Assembly (NCBI GenBank): GCA_010015805.1
Contig: ML978131.1
Location: forward strand, 434,001 to 498,000
Length of the DNA stretch: 64,000 nt
Origin: Rhizodiscina lignyota
Taxonomy: Eukaryota
Direction: 5' to 3'
Both the position numbers and the translations under genes were made by a program. Positions 11,886 through 24,822 of this stretch are shown one piece after another; the stretch's first letter is position 1, and every line of letters begins with the position of its first letter. Under the pieces are notes generated by a model. The model did not search any database, was not told the DNA's origin, and saw only the letters and a list, made by a program, of their open reading frames with translations.

Positions 11886-14266
11886 ATGGCTCTCGTTAAC
11901 CTACTCATCGTCCTTTCTGTTCTTATCGTTGCAACGCTCTGGAAGCGCTTCTCTCGCCGCGAGCAAATCCCTAAAGGGTTGAAGAAGCTCCCCGGTCCTA
12001 AAGGTATGATATTCATCTCCAGGGAATCTCCCCTCAAACCTCAATGGAGGGATCCGAAACTTATATCTCTTCTCACTTTAGGTTGGCCAATACTTGGCTC
12101 TGTCCCTGAAATACCAGAGGCGCTTGGATGGATCAAGTTCTCGGACTGGGCGAAAGAATATGGCCCAATCTATCAATGCAATCTCGCAGGAACAAACCAT
12201 GTCTGGATATCTACAGACCAAATCGCACACGACTTGCTGTCCAAGAAAGCGGCAATCTACTCTGACCGACCTCACATTCCTGCGCTCATTGATGATAATC
12301 GCACAAGCGCCCAGTATCTCCCCCTTCTCAGCAAGAACGGTATGTCCTCCACGCGCAATCTATCGAATCCGTTTCTGACACTCTGTAGAGGGCTGGACAA
12401 GACAGCGCAAGTTCGCAAGCAACATCATGCGTCACGCGGAGAGACTCAGCTTCAGTCATTATCCTGAACTTGAAGCCATACGTATGTGTGTAGAGCTCAT
12501 GATCGAGCCCGAACACTACAACCACGCGCTCGAATCCTTCATCGCACGAGTTACAAGCAGGCTTGCATGGGGTCACAGCGAGGCAAGCGACGAGCTTAAA
12601 CAGCGCGCGCGTGAGCTTCTCATTGGAGTTTCTCCAACTGGAGCCCTTGGTAATAAACTCCCACCCATCATGGCTCTTCCAGATTGGTTGTCGACTGCCA
12701 AGGCATGGGAGAGGAGGCGCGGAAAGACTGAGCGCGCATTCTTTAACATCATGCAAAATGATGTACGCCTAGACATGAATGAGAAACGCGCCGCACCGTC
12801 ATGGATGAAATTCTTCTTCGAGCATTCAGCCGCGACCGGATTTACTGGGGACTTGGAGGGCGCATATGCGGTAGGCATGCATGGCATTGCTGGTGCATTG
12901 ACAATTGCGGCTCCGATGCAAGCTTTCTGCCTGGCAATGTGTCACTATCCACAATACCTTGGCCAGCTTCAAGAGGAACTTGACCGAGTTTGCGGAGAGC
13001 GCATGCCGACTTTGGGAGATAAACCAAACTTGCCGTTCTTGCGCGCGATCATCCGTGAAGTTATTCGCTGGAGACCTCCCGTTCCCACTGGTGGGTTCTC
13101 GAATTCTCTTTCATTCCGTGCTTTCATGACAGCTAATATGATAATAGGTATTCCACACTACTTGATACAGGATGACGTTTACAATGGATACCACATTCCC
13201 AAAGGCAGTGTGATGCATCCTCTGGAATGGTGAGTCGTCAGACTTGGATTCCTTTGCTTACTGTGGCTTTCGCAATCCTTGCTGCACCGCATCCAATCGT
13301 AAGGTTTCCACAACGCCATGTGCGGGAGAGCAAGGACTAGCGACCGGCGCATGAATCGACATGCTCTCGAAATGGAATTTCGTCTCACTGCGCTGAAACT
13401 TGTTTCCAAATGTCGCAAACTTTATTTGCACCTCACGTTTTGCGCTGTTATGCGACAGAAATTTCGCTAACATCAACACCACGATTAGGGCTATTTCGCG
13501 CGACCCTCAGCAGTATCCTGACCCTGAGACATTCAACCCGCTACGATGGCTCGAGCCGGAGTACCCCACCTACAGAGAGCCGCTAACGCAATATCCGACC
13601 ATCCTCAACATGACACAATTCGGGTACGGCAGGAGGACGTGCCAGGGCCAGACGGTCACCGAAGCTGATCTTCTCGTCGGCATCGGATCTATCGCTTGGC
13701 TATTCAACATTTCGAAAAATGCGCAGGCGCCGCTGAAGAGCGAGCCGGAGCTCCCGCCTACCCCAGTCTCTCCCATGTCCGACGCCTTTGATTTGTCGAG
13801 CGACGAAAGCTCAGGCAAGGACGAAGAAATGGAGCAGAAGATGCGCAAGCTCAGAAGCAATAACAAGGCGTCAATTTCGTACGAGGAGCTGATTACCGGA
13901 TTGTCTACGCGTTCGAATGACGATGAGGAAGACGAGTATGTGGCGCGTATGCCCTGCACATTCCCTCCGCCAACGGAGGACGAGCTGCACGAGCAGTATT
14001 TCAAAGATCTGAAGAAGCAGCAAGATGCTGAAGAGGAGAAGACTCAGAAGACGCGCGAGGAAGACCCTACACTGCACTTTTCGACTCTTCTCATCGCTAA
14101 ACCCTTGCCCTTCAAGTTCAGCCTGACCGTCCGCAGCAGAAGTCGAGCTGAGAATGTCATGGGTGAATTTATACAGAAGAAAGCAGAAGGCGAGTTCGGC
14201 CCAAGCAGACAATACTGGGGTCCCGCTCAAGGCGCTGGCAAGGAGATTGGATGGGGCAAAGTATGA
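11886..14266 (+). CDS. Cytochrome P450 (resembles the OrdA/CYP64-type group of fungal P450s)
   Basis: N-terminal TM anchor, LPGPKGWPILG hinge, EVIR (ExxR), FNPLRW (PERF-like) and heme motif FGYGRRTCQG. Introns 12004-12081, 12340-12388, 13091-13147, 13230-13488. Confidence 0.93.
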
Positions 14267-17200
14267 CACGAAATTGGAAATCCATGACCGAGAGACACAA
14301 ACGAACCACGACCCCGACACGACAATATCCAACCTCCACTATCTAAATTTGCAATTGATGCGTCACTGGGGTATCTACTTAGAAGTAGACCAGAGAACGA
14401 CACTCGAGCGACAGTATTTTCCATTTCATGGGCACTCCTGAAGAGGCGTTGTAATTGTTGAAGGCATTTGTTGAATTGCGAATGGGAAGTAGAAGAGTAA
14501 TGGAGCTGCTGTGCTTCGAATGCGCGCCCACGACACTCGTTCCACAACGCCGTCCGAGATACGATTTACTCTCATTTAGTATTTTGATACCCGCATCTGA
14601 CTGGAGGATCTCTGGATGGATTTCCTTTCATGGAGCATCGGTATCGCGACTCTCGTTGTTACCATCTGCTATGTATGCATGTGTTTTTAGTTCAAATGGT
14701 CAAGGTGAGGGCGGAGGCGCATGGTCGGAAGTGAACAGTATGTCATTGGTTCGGGGGATGGAGTACAGCGCTGTCATAGATATTTATATCAAAGGATGCT
14801 TATTGAAAATGGATATGCATTTTTCTCTCTAGCTAAAGCTGATGGACATCAAAACTGTTCCCCATCATGTGCTTTTCAGTCTGTATTGACCGAGTCAAAG
14901 GTGAAAGAAGTTGCTGATTTAGCATCTTTCAATTATACCAGACTCACTGCATTGGACTGCATTGAATTCTAGGACAACAATCACATCATACTCTGAGATG
15001 AGATCGAGTGGACGGCAAGGTGGCAAAATGAAGGCCCTTCCTCGTCCGAACTTCGCTACAATTCCGCTCTCAGTGAAGAGTCACGCGACAGCAACTTTAA
15101 TCACAGAGCTTCCGGCCGCAAAAATTCTGTAGGAAGAAGCCCCAGCAGCGGCACAGCAGCATCCCGGTGATAGGAAGCGTCACTGCGTCTCCACAGAGCC
15201 TCCAACGCAAGCCGCACTTTCATCTTGAATTCGCGGCCTTCCGGCCGAAAGCGATCCCTGTGTCAGATGTGGAGGCAGTCCTGTGAATGGCTTCATTTCT
15301 CGAGATACGGCCCAGTCATACGAAGTATCGATGTTTGTAAACCGCGACTTCCGTGCGATTCGTCGCGCGATTCGAAAGGTAGTTTTGAGGCGAGCTTGTG
15401 GAGGAGCATCATAGCTGAAAGAAAATTCTGAACTTATCCATATCCTCCTTCATTGGGGATCCGATTCCGGCGCTGCAGAATTCGCTTAAGTACAGGCTTG
15501 CCACGAAGAGATGTGATTGACGCGTTGATGCCCTCCATGGCGAGCTGGACATGCCGAAGCGAGCAGATGGGCACACGAGCATGGGTGTTTCCCCAGGGCT
15601 GAGCTGGGGCAGCGGTGCTTCCGCGACACTGGAGACGAGAGCAAGGTTCTATGTCAAGGCGGCATTAGAGAGATTTTTCTGGATAGAGCTTCTTGCGAAA
15701 TAATGGGTCATGAATTTATCAAGCAGTGTGGGTGGGAGGGAAAATGAAAGGGAACTGATCGGCGCCCAGGAAGGACAAGGGCAAGGACAGGGGCAGGGGA
15801 CGGGACGCGGCAACGGCGTTTGAAACACCGACCTTCCGGGCCAACCAACGTCACCTTTCGAAAACTTCCATCGGACATTGAGTTGATGTTTGCATACACA
15901 TGAGCAGATTCCTGCATGAGGCTGCCACGTTGCTGCATTGGGAATTGCTGAAGCGCTCTACAGTCCCATCAGCCACACGAGACACTCCCCAGCATTGGCG
16001 GCTTCTTGGTGGAGGATCGTGCTATGTAGGAAAGTGCGATATGTATGCCGAGTCGTAGGAAGTGCGAGGAGGAAGCTGAAGGATTCTGTTAGGGTTGAGC
16101 AAGTATGCAAAACGAGGGTAGTTGAGCACATTGCATATTCAATAGTACTTTCGGCCTGTTCTGCCTCAAAACTGGTAGAAAGGCGAGAGGCGCATTCATT
16201 TCTGTGGAACCCTATCCAGATCATCAGTGACAAAGATAGAGATATGACACTGCGATCCGCGCCGGAATGTTGCGGCTCTGCAGTAACAGTGGAGCTGTCA
16301 ATGCTGTCATACGTCTATCGAGATCAAAGCTTGATTTTGCTATATTTGAATCGCGGTGTTTGCGGTGCTCAAAACACCGTTGTAGATCTGGCGTTGCCTC
16401 ACTGCTACGAGGGGTTGCATATCTTCCATGGATATGGAGTATAGGCGAGCGAGCGAGCCATGGAGTTTTAACACCGACTGAGCAGCCTTGAACGCTTAGC
16501 TTATCCGAGTGGAGGTCTGGAGAAGGCCCAAGAGAAACAAGAAGCATGGCGATGTTGCGGCGACTTGGCATGTTATTCGTCAACTCTCTTGGGTCTTGCG
16601 TAACGTATGAAGAGCGAATAGAATTATTCCTCTCGAGAAATGGTGCCGCTACAGGAACGGCAAAGAGTGACCTCGTTCGCACGTGAGACTCAGAACGGGA
16701 AGCACTCGTGTGACTCTTATCAGTGGAGATCAGTGCGTAAAATTGCCTTCTGCCTTGCATCATCTGGCTTCGAGCTTCGGCCTCTCCGCACTGCAGCTGT
16801 CAAACCTGTCAACCACAATATCCCTGTGCGCTTGAAGGAAGAAGCGAAGGTGCATATCCGTGCTACAGCCGCCAGCGGGCCGGAAAAGGCGCTTCTTTCC
16901 AAATTACCCCAGTCTCACCCAAGTCCGACGCATGCGGGAGAAGTGGAGCGGCGGATGGTGGCTGTTGCATGGTGGCTGTAACAATGTGCATGGAGTGCAG
17001 CGTCAGCGGCGGTCGAGCGAAGGTGGCGGAAATCTAGTACCATGTAATTAGTAACCCGTCGGAAAGCCGTGACGATAGATACCGATTGGATAGACCTCAT
17101 AATGGACCATGGATGACAGAGCAGAGTCGCAGAACGTTAGGGTGAAAATGTCCAAGGTCGAGGCTCAACTCGATGGCTTATGTAGAGGACTTTCGAGGCC

Positions 17201-18084
17201 AGAAATAACTCGAGATGAAAGCTGCCAGAGAACAAAAGCTAAAGGGCTTTGGATTTATTCCCTGGTGCGATCCAACGAAATGAAAGTACAGTTAGAGATG
17301 AAAGTCAAACTTTGAGGCGCCACTACCATTTCTTCAACGACGGTCATTGACACGACAGACACGACGCATTTCAAAGAGCAGTTAATGCCAGTTATTCTCG
17401 ATTGAGCATTGTCTTATACATTTTGATAGATGGATGCATGGCCGAAGAGGAAGGATAGCACAATGAAAACCTCATTAGTTAAGAGATGCGAGTGGCGAGG
17501 GGTTGGTAAAAGTGTCATGAAATTGCGCATAGACCGCATCTGAAGAGAGAAAACTCAGGAGGCCGGGCCGAAGTTGAACCGAGTCTCCGTGTATCCTGGT
17601 ATCTGATCGCATCGTAGCGACAGAAGTGAGGTGGTGACAGAGAAGCATGTCGGTCATCTTGAGATAGGATTCCCTTCGACTACCGGCGCTGCGATCAACA
17701 TGGTCGAGAGAAATGCAGCTTATGGGGGACATTGAGACGGAGAGCATCGCGATAACGACAGGGATGGCAAGACGCGTACGAGAACTCACTTGAAAGCTTA
17801 ATTGTACACATCGCTGAAGTCACAAAACTAGAAAGCGGACGCAAAAGGCCACAAATGTCATTTATCCAATGACTTTTCAATTGTGTTCCCTTGGTGTACA
17901 GATCCCCGCCCACCGGCTGACTTGTGATTTCTAACGCCCCAAATGAGATGCAGGCTGTAGCATATTCCTTCGTGGTTGCACGAAATGCATCTCTCTAATC
18001 CTGTTCTTTTCTCTTCTCTTCTCAACTCTTCCCTTTCTGGGTCCGATTCTCTACCACCGCTCCATGATCTGTCATCAGAAGTAC

Positions 18085-20519
18085 TCAAACTACCTCAAGA
18101 AGGGCATCGATAACCCTTCCATCCCTTATGGCCTCATAGATAACGCTTGCCCACATGCCAATGCTCTTTCTCTCCCGCTCCAATTCCTCCTCCACTACCG
18201 GATATCCAGCGGCGGACAAGTCGGTCGGATCCTCAATCAAGCCACGGAAGAAGGGGACACCTAGGTCCTTTCGCACGTGGGTGTACAACGCCTTTGATGA
18301 ACGGCCAAGATATGATGGCGTGATGGAGAGATAGTCATTGAAGAGTTCCGAGCGGATGGAGATGTATGTTGTGTGCAGAGCTTTGGAGAGGGACTGGCGG
18401 TAGGCGGTTATGCTTGCAAGGTTAAGCACGGGGGTGGCAGATGAGCTAGACTCAGCAGACGGTGCGGGAGTCGGAACAGTGGTGAGGATGTTGATCAACT
18501 GGCCCGAAATGGATTCCGCGGTCTTGTTGCATCGATCTTCAAGATCCATATTCGTAGTCGCGTTCCAGATGTCCGAAAACGCAAGTGCCATAGTACCTGT
18601 CACAGCAGTAGCCTCCCCTTCTGCGACGCAGGCATCGACCAAGAACTTCAATGTAAGCTTCGCGAACTCTGGCGCCACAGCGTCGAGGAAGCGAACGAGC
18701 AAAACTCGCAGATCCAGCGCCTGGCACGCGGCGAACAGATACGCGGCGGACATCATACTGAGCACCTCGACGCTTTGCTGCGTCGCGCGGCCAGCGATGA
18801 GAGCCAGCGAGTTCACTGCCTGATTGTGCATCTCCGCGCTCTGTACATTTGGCCCGAGTGGGTGATTGAGCCAGCCGAGCTCGCTCGCATACGATGCCAT
18901 GTTGATGTCCAATCCCTTGCAGGTGAACGACAGACTTGGGTCGTCTGCACACAGATTCGGCGGGAGACCGCGAGACGTTACCGGGTTGATCATCTCTGTT
19001 GCTTGGGCGAAGAGGATCTTTCCGATGTGCTGCAAGGCGTTGCGGGCTTTCTCGAGCGCCGAAGTGATGGAAAGAGCTTGGAAGTTGCCCCCATGATGAA
19101 TTGTCCCGTTGTCGTTCGGGTCGATGAGAGGATTGTCGGTAGTGCTGTTCAGCTCTACTGTCACTTGCTTGTACGCGAGTTGTAAGTCTTCCAGCAGAGG
19201 GCCGATCCACTGAGGAGAGGTTCGCAGCGCATATCGATCCTGACATAATCCAGAGATCTTGTTGTCGAGCTCGCTCGCCACCAGGCCCTGTGCAAGTTGA
19301 GAGCCTTGGAGGAACGACAGCATTGTCGCACTAGCATGCGTCTGGCCTTCGTGCGGGCGAGCAATTGAGATGAAGGGGTGGAATGACTCTGCAGTGCCGC
19401 GCATGGCTTCCACTCCCATCACAGTGAGAGCTTGTGAAAGTAGTGCGAGGTTGTTGGTTTCGTGAAGGGCTAGGGAGGCGACCGACGCAGAGGCAGCTGT
19501 GCCATTGAGGAGGCCGAGACCTTCTTTTGCGGCGAGAACCACAGGCTTCAGACCAGCCAGCTCGAGTGCTTCTGGCGCGGGGACGATACGGTTACCACGC
19601 TTCTTTCCAGTCCGTACGTACATAGAGGGATTGCCTTGCAGGACAGCAGCGACGTATGAGAGCGGACTGAGATCGCCGGAAGCGGAGATTGACCCGCGAA
19701 GGGGTATTACGGGAGTGAGATCTTGATCGAGAAGTGTAAGGATAGAATCGATGATTTTCAAAGAGACTGCAGAGTGACCGCGAAGCACAGAGTTGACGCG
19801 GCTGAGCATTAAACCACGGACCCAGGAAGTCGGCATCGAGTTAGACGTAATTTCGAAGTCATCTTGACCGCCGCCACCAATTGGTCCAGCAATGTCGGTT
19901 TGGGTAAGAATGCCAGAGTTTTGATGCTGGACGAGAGCACGTTGCAACGATATCAGGTTTGAGGTGCGCGTATCAGCGCTTCCGCCGAAGCCAGTGTTGA
20001 CACCTTTTGCAAATGTTAGACGAAACTGGTCTGGAGAATCTGAATTAATTAAGATGAAAAGGCGCACCGTAGACAAGATCGCCGTCTCTCAAGCGTGTGC
20101 CGAGTAAGTCTACGCCTGTTTCGATTCTCTCTAATATGTCGTCACTTCGATCGAGTTCAGCGCCTGCACCATATCTGTGACTAACTGTTAGCAAAGCCTC
20201 CTTGTCGAGTGCGGAAAGTCGCGGACGAATGGCATTAGAATTACCTCGAGACAGCAACAATGCTCGCAATGTCAAGACTCTCCCCGTCAAGGTTCACATG
20301 TTCGCCAGCACGGATAGAACGAAGCTTTTCATTTGTTCGACGAACTGTTTCGAAGAAGGTTGGATTGGGGGCTGAACGCAAGGGTGAAGCATCCCGGGTT
20401 AGTGGTGGCGTAGGCTCCATGGGTTGGATTTTGAAGGTCTCCTTTATCGTCGTTTGGGTAAGTGCTTGGTATGCGTGTGGAGTTGGAATGGTTGAAGAAT
20501 CCATTTTCCGCAATTGCAT
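18085..20519 (-). CDS. pal: Phenylalanine/tyrosine ammonia-lyase (MIO-dependent)
   Basis: YGVNTGFGG, MIO motif SISASGDL, KEGLGLLNGT, QDRYALRTSPQW, NSTTDNP, GGNFQ, AEMHNQAVNS. Introns 20175-20244 and 20004-20067. Start ATG at 20519 or 20504. Confidence 0.96.
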
Positions 20520-22623
20520 CTTTGATGTTACCAAATGAAAAGGATGCTGTGTTAGATGATAAAAGTCCCCAGAGAGCTGAGGACTATCAAAGTTTTGAGG
20601 TCTCCAAATGAGGGCGGTGAGTGTGCGAGAATCCCTTGGATGCAGGTGGCTGCTGTGCGCCACTCAAAGAGGGAAAGAAGCAAAGAGGTCGAGGCACAAG
20701 CCCTCGATTGTGTTGGTGTTAAAGAAATATGTTCTAAGAATGTAGGATTGAAGAAGAGTTAAATGATATAGGAGGTGGTACTATATAGCAGGAGCGATGA
20801 GTCCTTTTGCACTTGCCTAGGTATCCACAACCGCGGGTTGCTGCTTCAGTGACGCGGTTTCCCGCATCCTCAATAATCACGCGGTTCATGAAGGATGCAA
20901 TAGCACAGCCACGCCTGTTCTCCGATTCTCAAAGATTGCCCAGAGATACCCACTGAATTTACGATTTCCCATCCGTAGCCTTCCCCACCGCGCGCCTGTG
21001 GTGCAAGTCATTGGGTACGGAGGATGGCACCTTAGCGCGTTTTGTTGAGCTGCGCGAGGCTCATCTGATGTCAAGGAGACCTTCCAGGGAGCACACCGAG
21101 GATAGCCGCCGCCTCCGACGACGTCAGTTATGAAGATACGGTATGCGTTGCTCGATCCGGGCTGGAATGCAGAGGATGACATTGTATAGAGTAGGACAGA
21201 TGAGGTCAGGAACGGCCGCCGACGCTAAGGTTCTTTGTTGATAGTGGAGCGCATGCGGCTGTCGTCGGATGCATGAGAGATTTCTGAGCGGAATTTCACC
21301 GATTCTCTTTGATATTGTCCAGGTCGTCATATTGGTTGAAGAGCTGATAAGGTGAAAAAGGTCTCCCGTCGGCGATTAGCGTCGGACTGCTCTCAAAGGT
21401 GCTCGAGGGTGACAAATTATGTTGAGCACGACCGACCTGAAAGAGTGCAGTACATACGAGTTTTACTCTTCAACGTAAGTGAGAGCATCTCTGAAGGCTT
21501 GATTCGACGTCATTTGGCTAGAAGTCGACTGGCTCGTACTGCTTCTATGAGCCTGATTTATCTCAATCGAAGAGAGGAGACAGGGTGGCCTCCACTGATG
21601 ATCGAAGAGGATGCAGTATATTCAAGTTTCCCTCTCCAACGCCAGCAAGAGTATTTCTGAAGGCTTGAATTAACATGCTTTAGACGGTATTTGCTCACAA
21701 TGCACAACTTTAATGAATATAACCTGTATAAACTTAAGAGGGGAAGTGCCTCAACGGTTCCATATTTCGCAGCTGTGGCTCAACCTGCACGTCACCTTCA
21801 AAGAAGTGAGGACTACAGCGATAGAATGGGGCAAGTATATCCACGTCTCCCCCTTCAACGTTGGCGAGAGCATTAATAAAAGCTTGATTGCTCTCAAATA
21901 ACCTGCATCATGTGATGGAGTATTTTCCAAGACCCATACTTTGCTCCGCCTGGCCGATAATCCGAGGGTAGTGCAAGATCTGGTGGTGTTGTTTGTCAAC
22001 TTATAGGTGTATTGTTCATGGCATTCATGGAATCGGTTCTTATATTCCGCATGTGTTTCACGGATATACCGCGGTAGCTAGAGAGGTTGTCTTAGGACCA
22101 GTAGACGCCCCATTCCAGCAGATGCGAGGAACTATAGTACGCGCTGCTTAGATCTATAACTTAATTTTTGCTCATCAGAGTCAATAGGAGCATATCTGAA
22201 AGCTTGATTGAATATACTCTAGACTGTATTAGTTGAAATGGCTTTGCTTTAACAAGCTTAACCGGTGTCGATTGGAGAGAATATATGCCTTGAAATATCA
22301 ACGTATGGTAGCTATCACTCAACTATTTCGTACCCTTCGAGACATTCTGGAATCATGGCAAGGTACTTTACCGTAGGCGAGGGCTAGGTAGTCTTTCATT
22401 ACAGTGCACATAGAACTGGAACTCATTGTCAGATATCAAAGAAGTCTCTTTACTTCCACGTATATATCGCGGAGACAGAACGCGCGAGATGAACCAGTGG
22501 ATCCCTCCGTCTTCCGGGGCCACAGTCCCGCCGGATGTATGAAACTATGTAATACACTGTAGAAGCCCCATCCCCGGGGCAGAACTCCCAACGCCATGAA
22601 TGTGTAAGTGGAAAGACAGTCAA

Positions 22624-23529
22624 TCAAGATGTCGCTGGAGCCGCGAACTTCGCCTTCCTCGCCTCCGCCTTGGCCTTGTCCGCCTCGTTCATCCATCCAC
22701 CACCCTGCCCACCCCTGCCCTCCCTGGGCGCACCACCGTCCCTCCTTCCACCCCGTCCACCCCTGAAGCCTCCTCCGCCACGACCGAACCTTCTTCCACC
22801 GCGCTCGCGCTTGTTGCCGCCCTGACGTCCCTCGTCGCCGCCGTCACGGCGCCTCTTCTGCGGGCGCTCGGACAGGCCCTCGTTCAGGACCCGGGTGGCC
22901 TCGTCCTGGTCGCCGAACTTCTGCGAGCGCTCGTGCTTCTTGATCGCCTCCTTGGCCTCCTCGGTGTCCTCGGTGAGGCCGAACTTCTTTGCGCGCGCGG
23001 CACGCTTCTCGAGCTCCTCCTCGTACGTGGTCTTGGCGAGACCCTGCGAGAAGTTGGCGGGAGGCTTGTCTTCCTTGTCTTCGGCGGTGGTGGCAGGTGC
23101 GGCGGCATCGTCCTGCTCGGCTGGCTCGGCGTCGGCGAGGGCGTCGGCGACGGTGGTCTGCTTGAGGTCGTTGGTCTTGGATGGGTCTTCGGCGGCGACT
23201 TGGTTGGGGACCTCGAGGGGATTGTTCACGCGGCCGACACCACCCGCTGCGACGGCTGCTTTGGCGGGCTCGGTGGTAGCAGTCTCGGTCGCTGGCTTGG
23301 TCGCGTCGTCGTCGTCATCCCAGTCAATCTCGTCCTCGTCTTTCTTCGCGGTGGTTGCGACAGTCGAGGTAGTAGTTGCGGCCGGCGCAGTGCCCGACTC
23401 CTGCTTCTTCGCATCGTCTTCTTGAAGACGCGCGACCATCTCGGCTTTCTTGCCAGTGTGCTGGAGAGAGCGTTCTTTGAGGAGCGCCTGAAGCTCGTCG
23501 TTCTTGAGCTTAGAGTAGTCTTGCGACAT
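22624..23529 (-). CDS. tho1: SAP-domain mRNP protein, Tho1/SARNP-like
   Basis: N-terminal SAP domain (DYSKLKNDELQALLKERSL..GKKAEMVARL), Tho1-type RAKKFG repeats and RGG region; single exon. Confidence 0.85.
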   Translation of the reverse strand: MSQDYSKLKNDELQALLKERSLQHTGKKAEMVARLQEDDAKKQESGTAPAATTTSTVATTAKKDEDEIDWDDDDDATKPATETATTEPAKAAVAAGGVGRVNNPLEVPNQVAAEDPSKTNDLKQTTVADALADAEPAEQDDAAAPATTAEDKEDKPPANFSQGLAKTTYEEELEKRAARAKKFGLTEDTEEAKEAIKKHERSQKFGDQDEATRVLNEGLSERPQKRRRDGGDEGRQGGNKRERGGRRFGRGGGGFRGGRGGRRDGGAPREGRGGQGGGWMNEADKAKAEARKAKFAAPATS

Positions 23530-24822
23530 CGTGTTCGGAGTGATGGAAGTAGCTTGAATTGTGAAGGTGGAATGATTTGCGCGAAGCGAGGCTGTTGTGA
23601 TGGAGGTGTGATTTGAATTGCCTAGTGGGATGCAGGAAGGTCGAACAAGAAGGGAAGAAGAATTTAGTTGTGGGAAAGAAAGACGTTGAATGGAGGCTGG
23701 CGGCCGGGCTGTTGTGGTGCTTAGCGTCTTATTGTGCTATTGTCGAGTGGTAGAGAGGCTGGGGCTGCGGCGCGAACAATGGAAAGGTGACGCGCCGCAT
23801 CCAGAGCAAAGATCCTTGGCGCCCTTGCTTATGTAATATCACCAACGCCAAGACTTAGTTACTACAATCTAGGTGTGGTCCGCCGAACTCTACCGCGCAC
23901 CGTAACATACTCAATGACTCTACCCCCATGCCTCACTTCTCAGTGCTGAATGGAATTTCGGGCCGGCGCTCCTCCTGCAGTAGATGAATTATTCCCGTAT
24001 TGGGGTTCATACAAGGTACGGATGGAATAGTACCAACCTGAAATAGTATACAGCTTCACAGCATGCTGGAACAGCAAGTTATTAGACGCTTTGCTTTCAC
24101 GTACATGTGGGTGCACGAATAGGGACAAAGTCAAGGCCTTATGTACGCTTAGAGCATCACGCGCAAAGCTTTCAATTGCAAACTTTTCTCGCATGCCTTC
24201 ATTGATCGACGTTACGCTACGATACGGAGCATACTCCCATCTCAATCAGCTGCCGCATCAAAATCTGCAAAGAGTAGCAATCAAGCAAAAAGCAAAACAA
24301 AAAAGCAATCACCAAGCCGCCAGTAGCTCAAGCCGTTACACTGGCGAGCCATGCTAGATCAGTAGACAGCAAGCCCGCCAATGCTCTATGTACATGAGAG
24401 AGGAAAGATAAGAAAAGCAGCATCTAGCAGGGGAATCAGAAGTTGTTTCTCGCGAAAGCAGCAAGCAAGAAGCGAAGCAGCAACTGCAGCAAAGAACCGA
24501 GGCAAGACGTCCACCGCATGCCTTGAGGATGATCAAGCATAGCAATGTGCCGTCTTCGAGAAGGAAAGACAAAGCAGATATCGAAATGGAAAGGGAAAGT
24601 TTGACAAATGTCCAGCATCAACCCTTTCGCGCCCCATTAACCATCGTCCCCATCGAAGAAAGCAAAACGAATAGAGTTTCAAAAAGCAGGCCAACACGCA
24701 TCATTACTCCATTGTCGTTCATTGTTTGATTTTTGCCCGTCGTCGTGTCCAAGGTTCGCATAAGTCTTCCACAGATATTGAGATGAGTAACCTACTCAAT
24801 AAGGCCGACTCATCGCGCCAAA

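Noticed and set aside
14300..18050. Short ORFs between the P450 and PAL as additional cluster genes
   Set aside because: None shows recognisable domains or a consistent exon chain; a small gene or lncRNA cannot be excluded without RNA-seq.
22600..23616. 338-aa antisense ORF over tho1, and similar long antisense ORFs over eIF3a, SMC1 and the orphan gene
   Set aside because: Shadows of strong codon bias on the coding strand; no protein features.
23900..24050. ATGA..CTGA pairs resembling C/D snoRNA boxes
   Set aside because: No canonical RTGATGA C box, terminal stem or recognisable rRNA guide.
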